DNA of 63,741 nt, filler included. It is 8 parts of 8 records of this genome, joined end to end, with 100 filler letters (N's around TTAATTAATTAA, not from the genome) between each part and the next. Parts side by side here need not be neighbours in the genome. Positions count along the whole stretch, not along the records: positions 49,024 to 57,082 come from DRR723986_14145; positions 57,183 to 63,741 come from DRR723986_14155; 6 more parts are not named here. One strand, 5' to 3'. The position numbers and the translations under genes are program-made. The notes under the pieces were generated by a model. It worked only from the letters and a program-made list of their open reading frames with translations, was not told the origin of the DNA and made no database searches. Below are positions 57,019 to 63,741 of the stretch, piece after piece (within the stretch, counting starts at the first letter, position 1; each line of letters starts with the position of its first letter).

Positions 57019-57082
57019 AAGCCCGGTGGCAGGGCGTAGCCGTGTTCTGCAATGGAGGTTTGAAACGCAGAGGCGCGGAGAA

Positions 57083-57182
57083 NNNNNNNNNNNNNNNNNN
57101 NNNNNNNNNNNNNNNNNNNNNNNNNNTTAATTAATTAANNNNNNNNNNNNNNNNNNNNNNNNNNNNNNNNNNNNNNNNNNNN
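57083..57182. other. Artificial contig linker
   Basis: N44-TTAATTAATTAA-N44. Confidence 0.98.
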
Positions 57183-57183
57183 C

Positions 57184-57474
57184 ATGGGCGATACCGGGTC
57201 GCTGGCCCTTGGTGGCGCTCTGGGCGCAATTGCGGTTGCGACAAAGCACGAACTGGTTCTGGCCATCGTTGGCGGCCTCTTTGTGGTCGAGGCCCTGTCG
57301 GTCATCATCCAAGTGCTCTATTTCAAACGCACCGGCAAACGCGTGTTCCTGATGGCGCCAATCCACCACCATTACGAGAAAAAAGGCTGGGCTGAACCCA
57401 CCATCGTCATCCGGTTCTGGATCATTTCGTTGATCTTGGCCGTGATTGGCCTTGCGACTTTGAAAGTCCGCTAA
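57184..57474 (+). CDS. mraY: Phospho-N-acetylmuramoyl-pentapeptide transferase (5' truncated)
   Basis: [30 protein letters not shown]. Confidence 0.95.
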   Translation: MGDTGSLALGGALGAIAVATKHELVLAIVGGLFVVEALSVIIQVLYFKRTGKRVFLMAPIHHHYEKKGWAEPTIVIRFWIISLILAVIGLATLKVR

Positions 57475-57520
57475 GGGCTTTTACCACTGACACAGACAAC
57501 ATTAGCCCAAAGGTGACAGA

Positions 57521-58921
57521 ATGATTCCGGTCAAAGGATTTGCAGGCCAGAACGTGGCCGTTTTGGGATTGGGTCGATCCGGGCTTGCGACCGCGCACAG
57601 CCTGCGGGACGGCGGCGCACACGCGATCTGTTGGGATGACAACCCAGCCGCACGCGAAACCGCCGAGGACGAAGGCTTCATTTGCAAAGACCTGCGCAAG
57701 CAGGGGGCATTTGAAGATATCGCCACGCTGATCGTGTCGCCGGGCATTCCGCATCTCTATCCAACGCCCAACCCCGTGGTTGTGGCCGCATTGGATGCCG
57801 GCGTGCCTGTGGACAACGATATCGGCTTGTTCTTTCGCTCGTTCGCGGACAGCAGCTGGGACAACTTTGATACCCTGCCGCGCGTCATCGCCGTGACCGG
57901 GTCCAACGGCAAATCCACCACCGCCGCTCTGATCCATCACATTCTGACCGAGGTCGACCGCGCCTCACAACTGGCGGGAAACATTGGGCGCGGCGTGCTC
58001 GACATCGATCCCCCCGAAGACGGCTCTGTGGTGGTGCTGGAACTCAGCAGCTACCAGACCGAACTGGCCCGTTCGATGACACCCGACATTGCGTTGTTCA
58101 CCAACCTCTCACCCGATCACTTGGACCGCCACGCGGGCATGGGCGGCTATTTCGCCGCCAAACGCCGCCTCTTTGCCGAAGGCGGCCCAGATCGCGCCAT
58201 CGTTGGCGTCGATGAACCCGAGGGGATGTTCCTCGCCGGGCAGATGTCCGAGGGGCCAACCGATGACCGGGTGATCCGCATTTCCGTGGACCGCAAACTC
58301 ACCGGCCCCGGCTGGCAGGTGTTTGCCCGCAAAGGGTTCCTAAGCGAATATCGCAAGGGCCGTCAGACAGGATCCATTGACCTGCGCGCGATCAAAGGCT
58401 TGCCGGGCGCACACAACCACCAAAACGCCTGCGCGGCTTATGCCGCCTGTCGGTCGCTTGGTCTTGCCCCGCGCGTGATTGAATCCGCTTTGCACACATA
58501 CCCGGGCCTGCCACACCGCAGCCAGATCGTCGCCGAAGCGGGTGGCGTGACCTACGTCAACGATTCCAAAGCCACAAACGTGGATTCCGCGGTCAAAGCC
58601 CTCAGCGCCTTCAAACGCATCCGGTGGATCTGTGGTGGCCTGGAAAAAGAGGGCGGGCTTAGCGCGCTGAACGCTGCCGCAGACACCGTGACCAAGGCCT
58701 ATGTCATTGGCCGCGAGGCCGCCGCCTTTGCGCTCCAACTCGACATGGAAACCGAAGTTTGCACAACCATGGCACAGGCGGTTGAGCGCGCCATGGCCGA
58801 CGCACAAGAGGGCGAGATTGTTCTGTTGGCCCCCGCCGCCGCCAGCTTTGACCAATACGACAACTTCGAACAACGCGGCGAGGATTTCATGCACGAGGTG
58901 CACGCGCGTTTGCCCGGTTAA
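57521..58921 (+). CDS. murD: UDP-MurNAc-L-Ala--D-Glu ligase
   Basis: [47 protein letters not shown]. Confidence 0.95.
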   Translation: MIPVKGFAGQNVAVLGLGRSGLATAHSLRDGGAHAICWDDNPAARETAEDEGFICKDLRKQGAFEDIATLIVSPGIPHLYPTPNPVVVAALDAGVPVDNDIGLFFRSFADSSWDNFDTLPRVIAVTGSNGKSTTAALIHHILTEVDRASQLAGNIGRGVLDIDPPEDGSVVVLELSSYQTELARSMTPDIALFTNLSPDHLDRHAGMGGYFAAKRRLFAEGGPDRAIVGVDEPEGMFLAGQMSEGPTDDRVIRISVDRKLTGPGWQVFARKGFLSEYRKGRQTGSIDLRAIKGLPGAHNHQNACAAYAACRSLGLAPRVIESALHTYPGLPHRSQIVAEAGGVTYVNDSKATNVDSAVKALSAFKRIRWICGGLEKEGGLSALNAAADTVTKAYVIGREAAAFALQLDMETEVCTTMAQAVERAMADAQEGEIVLLAPAAASFDQYDNFEQRGEDFMHEVHARLPG

Positions 58922-58933
58922 ACGGGCAGGCGA

Positions 58934-59716
58934 TCAGATCTTGCCTAGGAATTCCGCCAAAGCGTCGTCTTCCATCTGGGTGATCTGTCCCGCTTCGGGA
59001 AAGGCGCCGCTGGTCACATCCGCGATGTACTCGCGATAGGCGGCGATGCGGTCGTCCTGCATCCGGTCCCGTTCGGCGGCAAAGTTGCGATACACTTTGG
59101 CATGGCGCGGGATATGCCCCCGATTTTCCCCCAGAAGATCAGCCGAAAACAGGTATTGCACGTCGCAATCGCCACCTGATCCCAGCGAAACGGTCAGCAT
59201 AGATGTGCGCTTGGTGATCTCACCTGCCAGATTGGCCGGGACCACCTCCATCTCAACGGCAAAGGCTCCGGCAGCCTCGAAATCGCGCACCTGCTGCCAG
59301 ATCATCTGCGCCTGATCCAAGGTTTTGCCCACAGCGCGATAGCCGCCTGTCCAAGTGGCTTTGGGCGGCACAAGCCCCACATGACAAATCACCGGAATCC
59401 CTTCGCGGGCCAGACCTTCGACAATGGTCGGGCTCATGCCGCAATAGACCGACTGCGCCCCTGCCTGCATCGCAGCCATTGCATCGCGCAGCGCTTCGGT
59501 GGCATTGGCGTGCTTGCCCCAAGGCAAGCCAAATTGAAAATGCGCGCCCGCAGCAGCTTTGGCAAAATGGGCGCGTTCGGGGATAAACGCGGTGCCGATC
59601 ATATCCATCCCGGCCTCGGCGGCAGCTATCGCCTCTTCTTCGCGGGCGACCTGCACATAGGCCAATTGGCGCTTGCCTTTGGCCTCACGCAAGTCTTTGA
59701 CGGTCAGTGCTGGCAT
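58934..59716 (-). CDS. PanB-like (ketopantoate hydroxymethyltransferase fold) protein with degenerate metal site
   Basis: C-terminal half clearly PanB-like (HVGLVP, GGYRAVGK, AGAFAVEMEVVP, DLLG, F.PE). N-terminal GDS, DMPF and KxEG motifs are missing. Confidence 0.75.
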   Translation of the reverse strand: MPALTVKDLREAKGKRQLAYVQVAREEEAIAAAEAGMDMIGTAFIPERAHFAKAAAGAHFQFGLPWGKHANATEALRDAMAAMQAGAQSVYCGMSPTIVEGLAREGIPVICHVGLVPPKATWTGGYRAVGKTLDQAQMIWQQVRDFEAAGAFAVEMEVVPANLAGEITKRTSMLTVSLGSGGDCDVQYLFSADLLGENRGHIPRHAKVYRNFAAERDRMQDDRIAAYREYIADVTSGAFPEAGQITQMEDDALAEFLGKI

Positions 59717-59819
59717 GCGAGCTCTTTCTCTTTGTTTTGGGATGCACGCGTAGGTGTGACAGACCACGCGACATATCAAAAACAGAATTAAAGAGAGAGT
59801 TTCCTCTGATTTTCAGAGG

Positions 59820-60998
59820 TTACCGCGCCGCGATTGCTGTTCCCGCCGCATGGCCCGACGCCCAGGCCCACTGGAAATTAAACCCGCCAAGCCAGCCGGT
59901 GACATCCACCGCTTCACCAATCACATATAGGCCGGGCACAGTCTTGGCTTCCATCGTTTTGGACGACAGCGCGTTGGTGTCGATCCCGCCCAATGTGACC
60001 TCGGCCGTGCGATACCCTTCGGTGCCTGATGGGATCAGCGCCCAATTGCTCATCTGGTCGCACAGGGCCTGCAATTTGACGTCAGATTGATCCGCCAGCT
60101 TGCCCTTGATGTCGAATTCCACCCGTAAGTGGTCGACCAATCGACCGGGCATGTGCTGGGCCAAGACCGTCACAAGATCCTTGCGTCCACTGATCTGGCG
60201 CTGCTCGCGCAGCTTTTCGAACAATCCCATCTCTGGGATCAGATTGACCGAAACCGTCTCTCCCTCGTGCCAATAAGACGAAATCTGCAAGACGGACGGG
60301 CCCGACAGGCCGCGATGGGTGAACAGCAACGCCTCATCAAAGGAGGTGCGCGCATTGGACAGGCGGGCAGGCAGGGCAACGCCCGCCAATGGTTTGAACC
60401 GATCCTCGGAAAAGGTGAACGGCACCAATCCCGGACGGGTGTCGATCACCGGCAAATCAAACTGACGCGCGATGTCATAGGCAATGCCCGTCGCACCCAT
60501 TTTGGGAATGGACTTGCCCCCCGAGGCAAGCACCAGATTGCGGCAGGTCACTGAAATCCGCTTGCCCTCGCGATCAATTTCCATGGCAAATCCATCTTCG
60601 GTTTTGCGCAGGTCCTTCATCGAACTCAGCAACCACAGCTCAGCCCCGGCTTTATCCATTTCGGACAACAGCATTGAAACGATCTGTTTTGCGGATCCAT
60701 CGCAGAACAACTGGCCCAGCGTCTTTTCGTGCCAGTCAATGCCATAGCGATCAACCAGCTCAACAAAGTCCCACTGCGTGTAGCGCGCCATGGCCGATTT
60801 ACAGAAATGCGGGTTTTGGGACAGGAAATTACTCGCGCCTGCATACATATTGGTGAAATTGCACCGCCCACCACCGGAAATACGGATCTTTTCGCCCGGC
60901 GCCTTGGCATGGTCCAACACCAAAACCCGTCCCGAACAGCGGCTCGCGCACATCATGCCTGCGGCACCTGCACCTAATATGATCGTGTCAAATTGCAT
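59820..60998 (-). CDS. NAD(P)/FAD-dependent oxidoreductase, HI0933/YhiN family
   Basis: GAGAAG, KIRISGGGRCNFTN, GG.S.P..G, LFTH.GLSGP, AEVTLGG, GEAVDVTGWLGG.NFQWA. Confidence 0.92.
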   Translation of the reverse strand: MQFDTIILGAGAAGMMCASRCSGRVLVLDHAKAPGEKIRISGGGRCNFTNMYAGASNFLSQNPHFCKSAMARYTQWDFVELVDRYGIDWHEKTLGQLFCDGSAKQIVSMLLSEMDKAGAELWLLSSMKDLRKTEDGFAMEIDREGKRISVTCRNLVLASGGKSIPKMGATGIAYDIARQFDLPVIDTRPGLVPFTFSEDRFKPLAGVALPARLSNARTSFDEALLFTHRGLSGPSVLQISSYWHEGETVSVNLIPEMGLFEKLREQRQISGRKDLVTVLAQHMPGRLVDHLRVEFDIKGKLADQSDVKLQALCDQMSNWALIPSGTEGYRTAEVTLGGIDTNALSSKTMEAKTVPGLYVIGEAVDVTGWLGGFNFQWAWASGHAAGTAIAAR

Positions 60999-61129
60999 GC
61001 CCCTCCCGTGGCGCGGATTGCCGCCAATGGCAAGAGGAAGAGGGTGGCCTGATTCCTTTTTTGTCTGTAGAGTCGCAATCAGATCCCGATAACGGGGCGT
61101 TTTACGAGGCAGATAGTGGCGGTATTCCC

Positions 61130-62293
61130 ATGACTGAGATGGTCTATGGCGTGGTCCCTGACAGGGGCGGCGAACCTGTTCTTCCAAAATGGTGGCGGAC
61201 TCTGGACAAGTTGACGATGTCCTGCGTGTTGATCCTGTTTGGCATTGGGTTGCTCTTGGGGCTTGCGGCGTCGCCCCCCTTGGCGTCCCGCAACAACTTT
61301 GACCCGTTTCACTATGTAGAACGTCAGGCGTTCTTTGGCGGCGTTGCTTTGTTGGCCATGCTGTTTACCTCTATGATGTCGCCCGTTCTGGTGCGCCGTC
61401 TGGCCGTGCTGGGCTTTTTGGTCTCGTTTATTGCGCTGGCGCTGCTGCCCGTCTTGGGGACTGATTTCGGCAAAGGGGCTGTGCGGTGGTATTCGCTTGG
61501 CTTTGCCTCGTTGCAACCTTCTGAATTTTTGAAACCCGGCTTTGTGGTTGTCGCGGCTTGGCTGTTTGCCTCGAGCCAGGAAATCAACGGCCCACCGGGT
61601 AAATTGTGGTCTTTTGCGCTGTGCATGGCGATTGTGGCGATGCTGGTGATGCAGCCTGATTTCGGTCAGGCCAGCCTTGTTCTGTTTGGCTGGGGCGTGA
61701 TGTACTTTGTCGCCGGAGCCCCGATGCTGTTGCTTGTTGCCATGGCGGGTGTGGTGGTGCTGGGCGGCATGGTTGCCTATTCCAGCTCCGAACACTTTGC
61801 GCGCCGGATTGATGGGTTCCTGAACCCCGATGTCGATCCCACGACGCAGCTTGGCTATGCAACCAACGCGATCCGCGAAGGTGGTCTGTTCGGCGTTGGC
61901 GTTGGCGAGGGGCAGGTGAAATGGTCGCTTCCGGATGCGCACACCGATTTCATCGTGGCCGTCGCCGCCGAAGAATACGGCCTCGTTCTGGTGCTGATCA
62001 TCATCCTGCTTTACGCTCTCGTCGTTGTGCGCTCGCTGTTGCGGCTGATGCGCGAGCGCGATCTGTTCATTCGGTTGGCCGGAACGGGTCTGGCCTGCAT
62101 GTTCGGGGTTCAGGCGATGATCAATATGGGCGTCGCTGTGCGGTTGCTGCCCGCCAAAGGCATGACCTTGCCCTTTGTCAGCTATGGCGGCTCGTCGCTG
62201 ATTGCAGGCGGAATTGGACTTGGAATGCTGTTGGCGTTTACGCGAACACGACCCCAGGGCGAATTGGGCGATTTCCTCCGCGGACGCGGATAA
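61130..62293 (+). CDS. ftsW: Lipid II polymerase FtsW (SEDS)
   Basis: GA.RW, QPSEF.K, QPDFG, LPDAHTDF, LPFVSYGGSS. Confidence 0.95.
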   Translation: MTEMVYGVVPDRGGEPVLPKWWRTLDKLTMSCVLILFGIGLLLGLAASPPLASRNNFDPFHYVERQAFFGGVALLAMLFTSMMSPVLVRRLAVLGFLVSFIALALLPVLGTDFGKGAVRWYSLGFASLQPSEFLKPGFVVVAAWLFASSQEINGPPGKLWSFALCMAIVAMLVMQPDFGQASLVLFGWGVMYFVAGAPMLLLVAMAGVVVLGGMVAYSSSEHFARRIDGFLNPDVDPTTQLGYATNAIREGGLFGVGVGEGQVKWSLPDAHTDFIVAVAAEEYGLVLVLIIILLYALVVVRSLLRLMRERDLFIRLAGTGLACMFGVQAMINMGVAVRLLPAKGMTLPFVSYGGSSLIAGGIGLGMLLAFTRTRPQGELGDFLRGRG

Positions 62294-62307
62294 TCTAGGC
62301 AGGAACG

Positions 62308-63405
62308 ATGAAGCAGAAATATCTGTTGATTGCGGCAGGCGGCACCGGCGGACACATGTTCCCGGCGCAGGCGCTGGCCGAAGCAATGTTGAAAAAAGGC
62401 TGGCGGGTGCGCTTGTCTACCGACGCGCGTGGTGCGCGCTACACCGGCGGGTTTCCCCACACGACCGAAATCGTCCAAGTCTCCAGCGCGACCTTCGCGC
62501 GCGGTGGGATCTTGGCCAAAGCCATGGTTGCTCCGCGTATTCTGGCGGGTGTCGTTGGTATGGCATGGCAGTTCTTTCGCGATAAACCCGATGTGGTTGT
62601 CGGTTTTGGCGGATACCCATCGATCCCTGCACTGGGCGCGGCTACGCTGATGAAACTGCCCCGTATGATCCACGAACAAAACGGTGTGCTGGGCAAGGTG
62701 AATAAACTTTTTGCCAAACGCGTCGCGGGTGTGGCCTGTGGCACATGGCCCACAGATGTTCCTGATGGGGTCGAGGCAGGATATGTCGGCAATCCAGTGC
62801 GCGCCGCAGTGTTGGAACGCGCAGGTGCCGGGTATATCACCCCCGGTGACTACCCCATGTCCATCCTCGTGATGGGCGGCAGCCAAGGCGCGCGCATCCT
62901 CAGCGATGTTGTGCCCGAAGCGGTTGCAAACCTCCCTGCAGGTCTGCGCCAATATGTGCGCGTGGCTCACCAAGCCCGTGAAGAAGACCACGAACGCGTC
63001 ACTGCCTTCTACGCCGATCACGGCATCAGCGCAGATGTGAAACCCTTCTTTCAGGACGTGCCGCGCCGCATGTCCGAGGCTCAGCTGGTAATCAGCCGGG
63101 CAGGGGCCTCTAGCGTTGCGGACATTTCCATCATTGGCCGCCCGTCGATCCTGATCCCCTACGCCGCAGCCACGGGCGATCACCAAACGGCCAACGCGCG
63201 CGGCTTGGTCGAAGCCAACGCCGCAATCATGATCCCCGAACGCGCCCTTGACTCTAAAACGCTCGCAGAGCAAATCACCGCAGTTCTAACCAACCCAAAC
63301 GCTGCTTTGCAGATGTCCAACGCTGCCCTAAGCGTGGGCGTCCCGGATGCGACGGCGCGTCTGGTCTCACTCGTCCAAGATCTGGCCCAAGAGGAAACCG
63401 TATGA
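62308..63405 (+). CDS. murG: MurG glycosyltransferase
   Basis: GGTGGH, GFGGY, HEQN, GNPVR, GGSQGA, RAGAS, HQ..NA. Confidence 0.96.
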   Translation: MKQKYLLIAAGGTGGHMFPAQALAEAMLKKGWRVRLSTDARGARYTGGFPHTTEIVQVSSATFARGGILAKAMVAPRILAGVVGMAWQFFRDKPDVVVGFGGYPSIPALGAATLMKLPRMIHEQNGVLGKVNKLFAKRVAGVACGTWPTDVPDGVEAGYVGNPVRAAVLERAGAGYITPGDYPMSILVMGGSQGARILSDVVPEAVANLPAGLRQYVRVAHQAREEDHERVTAFYADHGISADVKPFFQDVPRRMSEAQLVISRAGASSVADISIIGRPSILIPYAAATGDHQTANARGLVEANAAIMIPERALDSKTLAEQITAVLTNPNAALQMSNAALSVGVPDATARLVSLVQDLAQEETV

Positions 63406-63741
63406 CCCCTGCAACCAAACTGCCCACCGATGTTGGCGCGATCCATTTTGTCGGCATTGGCGGCATTGGAATGTCGGGCATCGCCGAAGTGTTGCTGAAC
63501 CTCGGCTATCAAGTGCAGGGTTCGGACCTCAAAGCATCAAAAATCACTGACCGTCTGGCCGAACACGGCGCACGGATCTTTGTTGGTCAATCGGCTGAAA
63601 ATCTGGACGGGGCGGCTGTTGTTGTGGTTTCAACCGCAATCAAACCGGGCAACCCCGAATTGGACGGGGCCCGCACACAGGGCCTTCCGGTGGTACGCCG
63701 GGCCGACATGCTGGCCGAACTGATGCGCCTGAAATCCAACA
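63402..63741 (+). CDS. murC: UDP-MurNAc--L-Ala ligase (3' truncated)
   Basis: Hand translation [31 protein letters not shown]...GSD. Confidence 0.93.
   Translation, partial: MTPATKLPTDVGAIHFVGIGGIGMSGIAEVLLNLGYQVQGSDLKASKITDRLAEHGARIFVGQSAENLDGAAVVVVSTAIKPGNPELDGARTQGLPVVRRADMLAELMRLKSN

Noticed and set aside
7123-57182. Recurring TTAATTAATTAA palindrome inside N-runs (seven copies)
   Set aside because: Artificial all-frame-stop linker with fixed N44 flanks, not biological.

Overview
This window is not one locus. It is eight unrelated contigs joined by seven artificial 100-nt linkers (N44-TTAATTAATTAA-N44), and GC content and gene content point to several organisms (mostly marine-type Alphaproteobacteria plus one Planctomycete-like contig). 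Contig 1 (1-7122) is a homoprotocatechuate (hpa/hpc) meta-cleavage cluster with an embedded aromatic amino acid decarboxylase and two non-homologous HpaD dioxygenases. Contig 2 (7223-14549) has ccoGHIS, an MFS transporter, a D,D-carboxypeptidase and hemF. Contig 3 (14650-24709) has a peptide ABC transporter, acuC, DUF418 and a YegD-like Hsp70. Contig 4 (24810-34798) is an AT-richer mobile-element-like region. It carries two tyrosine recombinases, H-NS, an RHH protein, a small protein starting with a T4-like capsid-targeting-sequence pattern, a structured non-coding region, palindromic sites flanking one recombinase, and a coupled three-gene operon (DUF3102-like, GREB1/TAGT-like DNA-base glycosyltransferase, HEPN-like RxxxxH protein). 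That operon is the best candidate for an undescribed system, either anti-phage defence or phage-satellite cargo. Contig 5 (34899-40941) is very GC-rich, with HNH, esterase and alkA genes and a 112-bp tandem structured repeat. Contig 6 (41042-48923) has an Fe-ADH, AraC, hydrolases and PhzF. Contig 7 (49024-57082) has Planctomycete-like dnaK, an SGNH esterase, a sulfatase and clpB. Contig 8 (57183-63741) is a dcw cluster interrupted by a degenerate PanB-like gene and an HI0933 flavoprotein. All family assignments come from recognising motifs by eye; no database search was run.
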